Assembly: GCA_965207075.1 (NCBI GenBank)
Contig: CBDBLO010000002.1
Coordinates: forward strand, 1,984,001 to 2,048,000
Direction: 5' to 3'
DNA from: Nitrosopumilus sp.
GTDB lineage: Archaea; Thermoproteota; Nitrososphaeria; Nitrososphaerales; Nitrosopumilaceae
DNA length: 64,000 nucleotides
The notes under the pieces are model-generated. The model was not told where the DNA came from, searched no databases, and saw only the letters and a program-made list of their open reading frames with translations. The position numbers and the translations under genes were made by a program. Of this stretch, positions 1-10,343 are shown piece by piece (positions within the stretch are counted from its first letter, which is position 1; every line of letters starts with the position of its first letter).

Positions 1-719
1 TGGCCCATCGAGTACACGAGCGAGCCCTCCCACGGGTTGTCGGTGGGCGCCCCGCCGTCGCGGTCCATGCGCAGTATCTTCCCGGCAAGCGACGATATAT
101 CCTGCGACAGCTCCGGAACTATGGCGTCACCCGTGGCCGCGTACAGCATGCCGTCGGGCCCGAACTGTATCCTGCCCCCGTCGTGCCAGGAGCTTGCCGG
201 TATGCGGTCAAGTATGATGTGCGCGTCGCCCAGCCGCGGCGGGTCGGTGGCGTCCCCGCCGCCGCTGCCGTCAGAACCGTCGTAATACGTATAGCGCTCT
301 ATCCTGTTGTAGGGGGGCGACAAGAGATCAACGTAGGTGTAATACAGGTAGACGTACCCGTTCTCCTCAAAGTCCGGATCGACTGCGACTCCCAGCAGGC
401 CGGCCTCCGCCCCGCCCCCCGCGGCGACGGACAGCACGGCCTCTGGCTCCTGCAGGCCGTCCCTTATGACGCTGACGGTGCCGCCCCTCTCGGTGAATAT
501 GGCGGTGCCGTCCGGAAGCCAGTCGATGCTCCAGGGCACGGCCAGCCCGTCCGCGATGGTCTGGACGCGGACGCCCAGTCCCGGATAGTCGGCCTGCGCG
601 TACGGCCCGGCGGCGTGGGCCGGCCCGGCGGTAAAGGCGGCCGCAGCAAAGAGAAGGACTACGGAGACTGCCGTAGCGGCAGCCGCAGGGGCCGTCTTCG
701 TGCCGCATCCCGCGCCCAT
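1..719 (-). CDS. PQQ-dependent sugar dehydrogenase (glucose/sorbosone dehydrogenase family), secreted; 3' end outside window
   Basis: Manual translation from ATG at 719: hydrophobic signal, then GLAVPWSIDWLPDG..FTERGG, GEAGLLGVAVDPDFEENGYVYLYYT, HDGGRIQFGPDGMLYAATGD, SLAGKILR. Confidence 0.85.
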   Translation of the reverse strand, partial: MGAGCGTKTAPAAAATAVSVVLLFAAAAFTAGPAHAAGPYAQADYPGLGVRVQTIADGLAVPWSIDWLPDGTAIFTERGGTVSVIRDGLQEPEAVLSVAAGGGAEAGLLGVAVDPDFEENGYVYLYYTYVDLLSPPYNRIERYTYYDGSDGSGGGDATDPPRLGDAHIILDRIPASSWHDGGRIQFGPDGMLYAATGDAIVPELSQDISSLAGKILRMDRDGGAPTDNPWEGSLVYSMG

Positions 720-771
720 GCAGACACAAGCTCGCCGCACGCTAAAAAGAGTCCCGTCACGAAGCCACGGG

Positions 772-2607
772 GTACACCCTCAGGTCGTTCGACATGGAGC
801 CACGGGCTGACGCCGTCCCGTTCGCGTCAGGCGGGATCGTAACCGGAGGCCGGGGTGCGCGCCATCCGCCTGATTCTGGCGCGCGCCGCTCACGCGGCCA
901 CCGCGGCCCTGTCCCGGGGCGGGCCGGGCCCGCCAAAGACGGAGTATCTGGTGCCGTCGGGGTTTGTGAGCGAGTACGGGGTGTCACCGGCCCTCTCAAA
1001 CAGGCTCCAATCGCGGTCAAGCAGGTATTCCAGGAGCGCCCTGCCCGGTGAAACATTTTGCCGGTGGCATGTGCGGGTGAACGTGAGGAGGACCGACATC
1101 AGGAGCCTGCCCCCTGCCGTCATGGTCTTGCGCCTGACGTTCCGCTGCGGTATGAGCCCGTCCCGTATCTCGCGCTCCACGTCGTTGCTGTGCGGCGACA
1201 TTCCCGGGTGCGCCTGGAACGTGAACAGGTTGGGAATGGCGTTTAGCAGGTGCGTTCGGAACCCGGGATCCTCGTACGACGCGGCGATCGCGTATGCCCG
1301 CCGCGAGAGCTCCATCATGGTGAGCGGCGCCAGCGTCTTGATCCGCTTGGCGTCGCGGTACAGCCCGAGCAGCATGTCGTACCTTGCCTCGTCTTCCGGT
1401 TTTTTGCCGACCACCGCCACCCTTTCGGCCTTGCGCAGTATGTGGACAAAGTCCCGCTGTATGGTGCCGGTCAGCTCCGGGTACCCGGCGTAGCCGTCGC
1501 ATGTCACGGGCTTGCCCCGGAGCCACGCAAAGTGGACGGAGAGCACCGAGGCGGACCTGGTCGGCGAGAACAGGACGAACACCGCGGCGGGCGTGTACGC
1601 CACCCAGACGTATCCGTGGTGCCCGTCGCCGCGCCCGTACCTTGACTCGTCCATCTGGATGTGCGGCCGGAGCTGAATCATGCGCATTATCCGGGCGAGC
1701 ATGCCCGACTGTATGTGCGTGGAGACCGCGCTCCTGCCGTTTCTCACGGCGTTGGGACTCAGCTCGAAGCCGAATATGCCGCGTATCATGTCCGCGATGC
1801 CCTCGTCCGTGTTTGCCGCCGCAAACATCATCAGTATGACCGACAGCAGGACGGGCCCAAGCGACGTCCCGTCAAGAAACGGGCTCGGCGCCCTGAAGAC
1901 GCGGCCGCAGGACGGGCACCCGGCCCTGCCGATGACCGCCATGGCGCACTGCACCGCGTAACACGCGTCAAGGTCGTACACGAGCTTGCACGCGGGACGC
2001 ATCCCCGCGAGCGGCCTTTTGCAGCACTCGGACACCGCGTCGTCCACGGGGTAGTACAGCGGCGGAAGGGTGGCCCTGTTGTGGTGCGAGGCCCCGGCGT
2101 GGCCGACCGGGGGCCCGATCCTCCCGCCGCTTGGACCGCGAGTGACGTCGTCCTCATCGCCGCCGTCCTCCCGGCTGATCTTTTCCCCGGGCCCGCCCTT
2201 TGGGTCCTCGCCGCGCCTCCTCCGGAACTTGTCGCGCGCACCGTTATAGCCTGACGGAGTCGACGTTGGCATGTTCTCGCTCTCGTAATAGGCAATCTTC
2301 CTTCTCATCCCTTCCATCTCTTCCCGCTGCCTCCGGTTCTCCTCCTCCAGCTCGCGTATCCTCCCAAACGCCTTCCTGAGCTCCCCCCTCAGCAGCTTGG
2401 ACTCTGCGCCGCCCGTCTGAGCATCAAGGAGGATCCCAATCGTGTCCTCCAGGCTGTCAATCCGGGCGTGCAGCCTTTTGATATCCTCTCGCAAGGCTTC
2501 CTCTGACACGCGGACGGTGTCACGGGGTCGGATCTAAAGCTTGTGAACTGTTTTTGTACACCATTTGGTCAATTTTCACACATTTTGATTTCGACCTGAG
2601 GGTGTAC
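772..2607 (-). mobile_element. IS66-family insertion sequence, single-ORF (ISBst12-like organisation)
   Basis: Perfect 16-bp TIRs GTACACCCTCAGGTCG (772-787 / 2592-2607); 8-bp direct repeat GCCACGGG at 764-771 and 2608-2615. Confidence 0.93.
890..2509 (-). CDS. IS66 transposase (TnpC-like DDE)
   Basis: N-terminal coiled coil, Cys knuckle (CPSCG), MDES, CDGYAGY, QRDFVHILR, HSNDVEREIR. Confidence 0.9.
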   Translation of the reverse strand: MSEEALREDIKRLHARIDSLEDTIGILLDAQTGGAESKLLRGELRKAFGRIRELEEENRRQREEMEGMRRKIAYYESENMPTSTPSGYNGARDKFRRRRGEDPKGGPGEKISREDGGDEDDVTRGPSGGRIGPPVGHAGASHHNRATLPPLYYPVDDAVSECCKRPLAGMRPACKLVYDLDACYAVQCAMAVIGRAGCPSCGRVFRAPSPFLDGTSLGPVLLSVILMMFAAANTDEGIADMIRGIFGFELSPNAVRNGRSAVSTHIQSGMLARIMRMIQLRPHIQMDESRYGRGDGHHGYVWVAYTPAAVFVLFSPTRSASVLSVHFAWLRGKPVTCDGYAGYPELTGTIQRDFVHILRKAERVAVVGKKPEDEARYDMLLGLYRDAKRIKTLAPLTMMELSRRAYAIAASYEDPGFRTHLLNAIPNLFTFQAHPGMSPHSNDVEREIRDGLIPQRNVRRKTMTAGGRLLMSVLLTFTRTCHRQNVSPGRALLEYLLDRDWSLFERAGDTPYSLTNPDGTRYSVFGGPGPPRDRAAVAA

Positions 2608-2816
2608 GCCACGGGTCAGGCAAGGTATGAATATTTACAATATTATGTAAACTATGCATAGTATGGTAATGATACTTAATAGTTATAGACGGGTTCGGAC
2701 TGTATGCAAAAACAGATCACGCTATTGCACAGTCATCGGGGGGGTGAGAGGCCCCCGCCCATCTTCTTTCCGAGGATAGTGCGAGAGTTTTCAGACGAGT
2801 AGCAGGCATCCGCACA

Positions 2817-2843
2817 TTTCTTTTCTTTTCTTTTCTTTTTTTT
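2817..2843 (+). terminator. T-rich archaeal-type terminator
   Basis: TTTCTTTTCTTTTCTTTTCTTTTTTTT tract. Confidence 0.45.
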
Positions 2844-2926
2844 CGTCTGCTTGCTTCGCGCACGCCCCGCACCGCGCAGCAGTCAGTCCGCCCCGAGGCG
2901 GACGGCCATGCGTCGAACCATCCGTT

Positions 2927-3448
2927 TTGGCCACCGTATGCCTTGGCGGCCCTGTGAGTACTGCGGCATGTGGTGGCCGGTCGGAACTCTTTATGGGCAT
3001 GGCGGGCCTAACCGGGGTGTTGAGGGCAAGGTACAAGATTCCGCTGATAGTAGGCATCGCCGTCCCGGCCGGATTGGTGGCAATCATCATGGGGCCGGTT
3101 CTCTTTATGATTGCCTTTGGCGCTATTGCCAGCATAATGCCGGATCCCTCAGAAGAGGCAGTTGAAAAAGACTTTGCACGGATTCCAGAGGTAGGGGTCT
3201 TCACTGAAAGATATCCGGATTACGGCACTTCCCACTATGGCGATTTTATGGGATGGAGGGTAGTCCAGTACACCTCAGAAACCAGCGACGCGCAAAGCAT
3301 CTCAATGGCGGTAAGAAAGAACGTCCTGCATCAGGGGATAGAGATCAGCGCGGGCTGCGGCCCCGAGTTTTCGTACGCGCTGGACGTCCCGCACGACCAG
3401 GTAATTGACTTTTTACAAAGCGGCAGATGCTTTGTGGATGGAAGATGA
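2927..3448 (+). CDS. Hypothetical membrane-anchored protein (start probably ATG about 2993)
   Basis: Hydrophobic segment IPLIVGIAVPAGLVAIIMGPVLFMIAFGAIA followed by a soluble domain. Confidence 0.6.
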   Translation: MATVCLGGPVSTAACGGRSELFMGMAGLTGVLRARYKIPLIVGIAVPAGLVAIIMGPVLFMIAFGAIASIMPDPSEEAVEKDFARIPEVGVFTERYPDYGTSHYGDFMGWRVVQYTSETSDAQSISMAVRKNVLHQGIEISAGCGPEFSYALDVPHDQVIDFLQSGRCFVDGR

Positions 3449-3488
3449 TTAGGGGAGGCGTCCCCGGCTGCACGTTACGAAGATACCG

Positions 3489-6029
3489 TCATGGCGCGCG
3501 CCTCCTGCCATACCCCGCCGGCTTGCCCGACACCGAGCGCATTATCGACTCTGCGACGGTGGGCCCTATCTGCCGTATGGTGGCAAGCCTGGCCGGGGAC
3601 GCGGCCCTGATGTCGGAGATGCTCCGCAGTCCGGCGTCATATATGGCGCGCGCCCTGACCCTGCCCACCCCCCGGATCGACGCCAGCTCCACAAGCTCCT
3701 CCTTGATCCCCGACCTCAGCCTGGTGCGCAGGGTGGCAAGCTCCGCCAGCAGGTCGTCGCGTCCCGCGTCCCGTGCCATCTCGCGCATTACATATGCAAG
3801 CCACGCCGCGCTCTCGGTCATGCGGTGCAGGTCACCGGACTGCGTCTTGTATGCGGTCTCTATCTCCCTGTCCGTGCGCTCGTTCATCCAGTCGTACAGC
3901 ACCAGCAGGCTCCGGGAGCACTCCTCGGCGTATACAGGGGAGAGCAGCTCCGGGCGGTGCGGGCCCGACAGCAGGCTCTCGGCAAAGTGGTAGTGGTTCT
4001 TCAGGAGGTCCTGCCTCGGGTTGAACTCGTCGCAGGATATGACCGCGTGCAGGAACCCGAGCGTGTGCCTCTGCGCGCGCCGGCCGCTGCCGCCGCGCGG
4101 GGCGCCCGCGGCCACATTGCGCAGGTATGATGCCGTTACGGGATCCACGTAGAGTCCGGAGGTCCTCCTCCCCAGGGAGGTGGCCGCGTACCTCCCGCCC
4201 TTTGAGACGATCATGCCGTGCTCGAGCAGGAACTCCACCGCCGTGCCGACCGCGTCCTCCACCTCGCTCCCGGGGTACTGGAGCCCCCCGAGCGTCGCGG
4301 AGAAGAACGACTGCAGGTCGTCCTGGCGGATTCCGGGGTTCAGCACGGCCACGGTCAGGAGGTGCGTGCGCATGGCCTTCTCGGCCACGATGCCGGACTC
4401 CAGTGGCTCGGGCTCGCCGTCCACGTACCGCTCCAAAAGCTCGTACAGCGGGCCCGTCGCGGATATGACTGCCTCGCCGTACTTGTCGTACTGGGGCCTG
4501 CCGGCCCTCCCGCAGAGCTGCTTGTACTCGAGCACGCTGATGGGCCTGTTGTACCCGTACCTCGCGTCGTAGCGGCTGACTGATGCTATGACGACCCGCC
4601 TTGCGGGGAGGTTGACCCCCGCCGCGAGGGTTGGGGTCGACGCAAGCAGCCTTATCGAGCCGCGGCGAAACTCGGACTCGACTATATCACGGAGCCGCTC
4701 TGAGAGGCCCGCGTGGTGGAACGCCACGCCGGTGGAGACGAGGGTGGCCAGGTCCTTTTCGAGCTCCGTGGGGGTGGATGCGGGGGTAGCGGCAGCGGCT
4801 GTAGCGGCTGTAGCGGCTGTAGGAGGTGGAGAGGAAGCAGCAGATTTGGGAGCTGCTGCTGCGGTGGCGGCGCCGTCCCGCCTGCGCCCGCCCTTGGGGG
4901 CCCCTGCGGCATCGGTCCTCATCCTTGCGGGCAGTATCCTTGATGATATCCTTCCAAGCGCCCTTCTCTCGTCATCTGAGAGCATCTTGCCAACCCGCTT
5001 TGACGCCTTTACCGCGGTCGCCCTGGCGCTCGCCCGTGTGGCCGCGAACACCAGGCTCTGGCCGCCCTCTGACACCGCGTGTATGCCCAGCCGCGCCGGC
5101 ATCCCCTCTGTGCCGATCCCGACCTCGAACCTGCGGCCGTCGTTCATCATGACGCTGCCGGCCTCGTCGCAGACGCCCTCCGCAAGCGGGACGGGCCTCC
5201 ACGTGCTGCGGACCAGCGTGCAGCCGAGCCATTTGGCGATCTCCTCGTCGTTGCTGACGGTGGCGCTCAGGCCGACGATCTGCATCTTGGCTGGCGGCGG
5301 TGGCGGCGGTGGCGCGTCCGTACTGCCTTTTGAGGGCGAGGGTCCCTTTTGGCGCCGCTTCTCCTGCTGCTGCTGCTGATGTTGTATCTGCTGCGTCAGT
5401 ATCATCTCCAGCGTAGGGCCCCGCGACTCGTCGCCGATGAGGTGTATCTCGTCGATTATCATCAGGCCTATCTCCTGCGTCCATTCGCGCCCGCGGCGCA
5501 TGGCCGCGTCCATGGCCTCGTTTGTGGCCACCACGATGTCCGCGTCGTCGATCTTCACGGGGCCCCGGGAGGCGGCCGCGGCCCCCCGCTCGCCGGTCAG
5601 GCGGGCAGTCGTGATTGCGGCATCGGCACGCGCGGCCCCGCCCTGCTGCCGCAGCGCTTGGAGCCTCCCCCGCCACCCGGCCCCCGACACCTTCACCCCG
5701 GAGAGGGCCGCGAACTCGTCGTACTTTTCTGCCGCGAGCGCCCGGAGCGGGCTCAGGTACACCACGCGCCCGCCACCGCGCGCCAGGTGAGACAGGATGG
5801 CTAGAGTCGCGACCAGCGTCTTTCCGCTTGCGGTGGGCGCCGAGACGAGCAGGCTCTTACCGTCAAGCAACCCAGATTCGACGGCCGCGGCCTGCGGCGG
5901 GTACAGGTCTACAAACCCGCGCGACCCGAGGAATTTTCTGGCGCTGGCCGGTATCGCGCCAAGCCCGGATACGCGAAAATCTCCTCCGGGCTCCCCTCCC
6001 GTCTTCTTCTTCTTCTTCTCCTTCGTCAT
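3489..6029 (-). CDS. hel308: Ski2-like DEAD/DEAH helicase Hel308
   Basis: APTASGKT, DEIH, LSAT, VAFHHAGL, TPTLAAGVNLPA, QLCGRAGRPQYD, C-terminal HhH (RGVGRVRA). Confidence 0.93.
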   Translation of the reverse strand: MTKEKKKKKTGGEPGGDFRVSGLGAIPASARKFLGSRGFVDLYPPQAAAVESGLLDGKSLLVSAPTASGKTLVATLAILSHLARGGGRVVYLSPLRALAAEKYDEFAALSGVKVSGAGWRGRLQALRQQGGAARADAAITTARLTGERGAAAASRGPVKIDDADIVVATNEAMDAAMRRGREWTQEIGLMIIDEIHLIGDESRGPTLEMILTQQIQHQQQQQEKRRQKGPSPSKGSTDAPPPPPPPAKMQIVGLSATVSNDEEIAKWLGCTLVRSTWRPVPLAEGVCDEAGSVMMNDGRRFEVGIGTEGMPARLGIHAVSEGGQSLVFAATRASARATAVKASKRVGKMLSDDERRALGRISSRILPARMRTDAAGAPKGGRRRDGAATAAAAPKSAASSPPPTAATAATAAAATPASTPTELEKDLATLVSTGVAFHHAGLSERLRDIVESEFRRGSIRLLASTPTLAAGVNLPARRVVIASVSRYDARYGYNRPISVLEYKQLCGRAGRPQYDKYGEAVISATGPLYELLERYVDGEPEPLESGIVAEKAMRTHLLTVAVLNPGIRQDDLQSFFSATLGGLQYPGSEVEDAVGTAVEFLLEHGMIVSKGGRYAATSLGRRTSGLYVDPVTASYLRNVAAGAPRGGSGRRAQRHTLGFLHAVISCDEFNPRQDLLKNHYHFAESLLSGPHRPELLSPVYAEECSRSLLVLYDWMNERTDREIETAYKTQSGDLHRMTESAAWLAYVMREMARDAGRDDLLAELATLRTRLRSGIKEELVELASIRGVGRVRARAIYDAGLRSISDIRAASPARLATIRQIGPTVAESIMRSVSGKPAGYGRRRAP

Positions 6030-8155
6030 GCCTTGCTGTAAAAGCCGGGATGCCGCTCATAAATAATTCCATCACGCTTTAGCTTTTCAATAAAGTTGCG
6101 CGCGTCGTCGGCCGTGAACTTTTCGGTGTTCTCCAGCTCGGCGACCAGCGCCTTTTCCTCCACCGGCTCCTTCTGCTCGCCGGAGAGGCGCCCCAGCACG
6201 TCCATGAAGAGCTGCATCTTTGTGACCTCGCTGCGGGGCCTGCCCCTCAGCACCCCGACGTCGATCTCCCCCGTGTTGACGTCCACGCCGGCGTCCTGGA
6301 GCATCTGCTCCAGCAGGTATATGGCCCTCTCCGCGTCCTCCTTCTCTATCATGTCCTTCATCAGGAGCCGGGCGCGCGCAGTCGATATGCGTATGAGTCC
6401 CTCAAGCTGCCTTGCGGTTACGGGCGTCATGTCTTCCGACTGGGCCATCTTGCGCATCTTGATGTAATAGTCCACAATCAGCTGCTCTGCCTCCTTTGTC
6501 ATCTTGGGGGTGAAGCGCTTTGCGTACGCCAGGTACTTTGTAAGCAGGTCCGCGTCGACCAGGTTGGCCGTGTCGGCCCCCTGCAAAGAGTGCAGCTTTA
6601 TGACGTGCTGCGCGATCTCCGTGTCCATCTCGACTGACGGCTGGTCCCTGACCACGAATATCAGGTCGAATCTGGAGAGCAGCGGGATCGGCAGGTTGAT
6701 GTTCTCAGTTATGTTGCGGAACGGGTCGTACTTGCCGTACAGCGGGTTTGCGGCAGCCAGTATCGACGTCCTCGCGTTCAGGGTGGCCACGATCCCGCCC
6801 TTTGCGATGCTTGCCGACTGCTGCTCCATCACCTCGTGTAGCGCGCTCCTGTCCTCCGCGCTCATCTTGTCAAACTCGTCTATTGCGACCATCCCCTGGT
6901 CGCCCAGCACGACGGCGCCCGCCTCGAGCATCATGATGCCGGTCTTGTCCCTGACCACCGAGGCGGTGAGCCCCGCGGCAGTCGAGCCGCGTCCGGACGT
7001 GTACAGCCCCCGCGGGGCCGTCCTGGAGCAGAACTTTAGCATCTCGGACTTTGCCGTCCCGGGGTCGCCGACCAGAAACACGTTGATGTCGCCCCGTATC
7101 TTGCTGCCGTCTGCGCGCTCCCGCTGCACGGACCCGACCATCAGCAGCAGGATGGCCTCCTTGATCAGGTGCTGCCCCTTGATGTGGGGGGCAAACGACT
7201 CGATCAGCCTGCCGTATATGTCCGGGTCCTGCTTTAGCGCCAGTATGGCCCTCTCGTCCTCCGGCGATATCGACTCGCGCTCTATCTTCCGCGACGACTT
7301 TGAGCGGCCGCCGAGGAACTCTATGTTGTTGCCCTCCAGGCGCAGCCTGTACAGGCTGCTGCGCGTCCTCGCGATGCCGGCGACGGACTCCTGCTCGACG
7401 CGCACGAGACCCGTCAGCGCGACGCGGTCGCCGGGCCTGGCGTTGTCGACCAGGTCCTGCTTTACCATGATGTCGATGTAGTCGGGCAGCTGGCCCGGCG
7501 GCAGGTCCTCGGGCAGCTCCTGCAGCCTCAGGATCTGGAAGTCGATGAACTTTGAGGACTCTGGCTTTAGCTCAAAGTCGCGCAGCTTGCAGTCCGGGTT
7601 GTCGCATACCGCGGGCGGCTTTGTGTCCATGCCCTTTATCTGCACGATCTTGGTGTAGTGGCCGTCCCCGCACGCGTACACCAGCTCCTTTGCAAGCGGG
7701 TTGACCTCAGACGCCCTGACCACCATGCCCGACACGCTGGTCATCGTGCCGATGGTGTCGGCGTTTATCTTGCGGAGGCTGCGCATCAGCGGGTAGTTGC
7801 TTATGCGCGCCCTGATCTCCTCGCCCACCTGCTCCGCGTAGTCGTAAAAGCGGACCTGGAGTATCTCCCATATGGCCCTCGAGAACGCGGCGAGTATGAG
7901 GTCTGGGCTGTGCACGAACATGTCTGCAACCTCGCGCTCGTCGATGAGGTCGTTGTAGTCCACCACGATGTGCCGCGTCTCCCTGGGCATCATCTCGTCT
8001 ATCATCTTCACGTACTTGCGCTCGCCGTTTTGGTCCTGGAAGCCGGTCAGAAACTGCCTTGCCTTGTCTGACAGCGCCGAGCTCGTGTAGTCGGGGCCCG
8101 AACCGTCGTCGGTCCCTTCCGCGGGATCCATCTGGGCCGAGTCCTGCCCGCTCAC
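6026..8155 (-). CDS. mcm: MCM replicative helicase
   Basis: GDPGTAKSE, IDEFDKM, AAANP, LLSRFD, N-terminal Zn finger; no intein. Confidence 0.97.
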   Translation of the reverse strand: MSGQDSAQMDPAEGTDDGSGPDYTSSALSDKARQFLTGFQDQNGERKYVKMIDEMMPRETRHIVVDYNDLIDEREVADMFVHSPDLILAAFSRAIWEILQVRFYDYAEQVGEEIRARISNYPLMRSLRKINADTIGTMTSVSGMVVRASEVNPLAKELVYACGDGHYTKIVQIKGMDTKPPAVCDNPDCKLRDFELKPESSKFIDFQILRLQELPEDLPPGQLPDYIDIMVKQDLVDNARPGDRVALTGLVRVEQESVAGIARTRSSLYRLRLEGNNIEFLGGRSKSSRKIERESISPEDERAILALKQDPDIYGRLIESFAPHIKGQHLIKEAILLLMVGSVQRERADGSKIRGDINVFLVGDPGTAKSEMLKFCSRTAPRGLYTSGRGSTAAGLTASVVRDKTGIMMLEAGAVVLGDQGMVAIDEFDKMSAEDRSALHEVMEQQSASIAKGGIVATLNARTSILAAANPLYGKYDPFRNITENINLPIPLLSRFDLIFVVRDQPSVEMDTEIAQHVIKLHSLQGADTANLVDADLLTKYLAYAKRFTPKMTKEAEQLIVDYYIKMRKMAQSEDMTPVTARQLEGLIRISTARARLLMKDMIEKEDAERAIYLLEQMLQDAGVDVNTGEIDVGVLRGRPRSEVTKMQLFMDVLGRLSGEQKEPVEEKALVAELENTEKFTADDARNFIEKLKRDGIIYERHPGFYSKA

Positions 8156-8799
8156 TGCCGCTGCTCACCCCCCGCCGCCGCCGATGCCGCTGCCGATGCC
8201 GCCGCCGTACTGCCGCCGGGCGTCCGGCCCGGTTCGGGCTCCTCGTGCACGATCTCCATGTCGCCCATGCCGTCAGACGAGACGGCCGTTATCTGCGCCT
8301 CGAACTCGGCGCACTCGCGGTGCACCACGGTATAGAACGCCTGCTCCTCGACGGTCAGCTTTGACTTCATGTCCGCGCTCAGCTTCATGGAGCTTGCCTT
8401 TGAGACGATCTTGGCGTTGCGCATGCGGAACAGCTCCAAAAGCATGTCGTACACCCTGTCATAGTCGCGCCCCTCAAGGTGCCTCATGGCCGCCTTTAGC
8501 TTTACGTAGAACAGCGGCTCGAGCGCCTGGAACGCGCGGGAGCCGGCAATCCTCTCCTTTGCAAGCGCCTGCTTGAGCGCCGCTATCATGTCAGGCAGCC
8601 TCATGCTCCCCATGTTGTTCTTCTCAAGCACCAGCCCGGCCCAGTAGGGCACCCTGGTCGTCTCGCCGCGGCGCGCGGCGACGTCTATTCCCCCGACCCT
8701 CACCTTGAAGTCGCTGCCGGCCTCAAACTCGACCTCCTCAAGCCCGTACTCGACTGCGTGTATCTGGCCAACCTTATCGACGCTCATTTGTCCCACCAT
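8152..8799 (-). CDS. gins: GINS complex subunit
   Basis: VPYWAGLVL, RMRNAKIV, KLTVEEQAFY; canonical position overlapping the mcm start. Confidence 0.8.
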   Translation of the reverse strand: MVGQMSVDKVGQIHAVEYGLEEVEFEAGSDFKVRVGGIDVAARRGETTRVPYWAGLVLEKNNMGSMRLPDMIAALKQALAKERIAGSRAFQALEPLFYVKLKAAMRHLEGRDYDRVYDMLLELFRMRNAKIVSKASSMKLSADMKSKLTVEEQAFYTVVHRECAEFEAQITAVSSDGMGDMEIVHEEPEPGRTPGGSTAAASAAASAAAGGEQRQ

Positions 8800-8937
8800 T
8801 ACAAAGTCTGTATTTATCCATCATGTGCGGTAACGGCCGCGCGGCCCCATATAAATACCGTACTTTACCGTTGCATGGCCGGCCCCGGCGGCGGGAACCG
8901 ATCCTGAGTTTATTAATGGGATCGCCGCACGCGCGGC

Positions 8938-9912
8938 ATGTCACTGGGCGAGGCTGCCGCGGGCATGTGGGTCGAAAAGTACAGGCCCGCAAGGCTCGCA
9001 GACGTGGTGAACCAGTCGGAGATAATCAAGAGCCTGGAGGCCCTGCTCAAGAACCCCGAAGAGATGCCGCACCTGCTCTTCTCGGGTTCTGCCGGCGTGG
9101 GCAAGACGACCACCGCGCTGTGCATAGCAAGGCAGGTGCTGGGCAAGCACTACAGGGACCACACGCTGGAGCTGAACGCGTCAGACGAGCGCGGCATCGG
9201 GATGGTCAGGGACAAGATAAAGCGCTACTCCCGGTTTGCGGGCATAAGCGAGGTGCCCTTCAAGGTGGTGATACTCGACGAGGCCGACGAGATGACGGCC
9301 GACGCGCAGACCGCGCTGCGCCGCATCATAGAGGACGCGTCGCGCACGTGCAGGTTCATCATGATTGCAAACAACATATCGAAGATAATCGAGCCCATAC
9401 AGAGCAGGTTTGCGACCTTCAAGTTTATGGCAGTCTCCAAGGAGGATATAGTCTCGAGGCTGGCGCATATAGCCAAGAGGGAGGGCGTGAGCGCCAAGAA
9501 GGACGGGCTGGAGGCCGTATACGGATACGCGGGGGGCGACATGAGGCACGCCATCAACATCATGCAGGCCGCAGCCGGCATGGACCGGTCGGTCACGCCA
9601 GAGGGCGTGGAGGCGGCGGCCGGGCTCTCAAAGGTATCGGACGTGGACAAGGTGCTCGCGTCGGCCATTGCGGGAGACGTCGCAGGGGCGCGCGAGAGGA
9701 TGATAGAGCTGACCCGCGTGTACGGCATGTCGGAGTCGGACTTTGTAAAGTACGCGAGCGCCGCCGTGACAAGGTCGGCCGGCGCCGAGAGCCTCGGCGC
9801 CATGCTGAGGGTGGTGGCCGAGTACGACTACCGCATACTGTCGGGCGCAAACCCGGAGGTGCAGCTTGCCGCCATGCTCGCGGAGCTTGCGGCGCTCGGG
9901 GCCGGCAAGTAG
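8938..9912 (+). CDS. rfcS: Replication factor C small subunit
   Basis: WVEKYRP, GVGKTT, LELNASDERG, ILDEAD, PIQSR. Confidence 0.96.
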   Translation: MSLGEAAAGMWVEKYRPARLADVVNQSEIIKSLEALLKNPEEMPHLLFSGSAGVGKTTTALCIARQVLGKHYRDHTLELNASDERGIGMVRDKIKRYSRFAGISEVPFKVVILDEADEMTADAQTALRRIIEDASRTCRFIMIANNISKIIEPIQSRFATFKFMAVSKEDIVSRLAHIAKREGVSAKKDGLEAVYGYAGGDMRHAINIMQAAAGMDRSVTPEGVEAAAGLSKVSDVDKVLASAIAGDVAGARERMIELTRVYGMSESDFVKYASAAVTRSAGAESLGAMLRVVAEYDYRILSGANPEVQLAAMLAELAALGAGK

Positions 9913-10018
9913 CTGCCGCGCGGCATCGGTACTGCACGGTGCGCAGGCCATTGGAGATGCCGTCACCATGAGCATATCATAAACATGAACGCCAGGGCCG
10001 CACAGCGGCAGCAAGCAG

Positions 10019-10042
10019 CAGCGCAGGGAGGGGAATTTTAAG
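10019..10042. repeat. Degenerate att-like copy of the tRNA-Ser 3' end
   Basis: CAGCGCAGGGAGGGGAATTTTAAG matches 12772-12795 at 21 of 24 positions. Confidence 0.6.
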
Positions 10043-10343
10043 CATGCATGCAGGAAAACCGTCCATTCCGTTCACCTTGCATAATGGATCCAATGCGCGG
10101 TGGCGCCAGCCACGCGGATCGCATTTCTGCTCCGGTATCCCCACCAAAAGGGCTACGGCGCAGGAACCTCGTCTCCTAATTCGCCCCGCGACACCTGCCG
10201 GGCCCCTGTCGGACAACGAGTGACGTGCCTACAGGAGCAATCAGGAACGGGGTTGGAAGCCGACATGTTACGGCTTGTGCTACGGTACGTTTGGGGCGGC
10301 ACACGGGCAGCGGCGCTCGCCAGTACTAGTGCCCCGGGCACGT

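Noticed and set aside
6026-9912. Inteins in MCM or RFC
   Set aside because: Normal lengths and continuous motifs.
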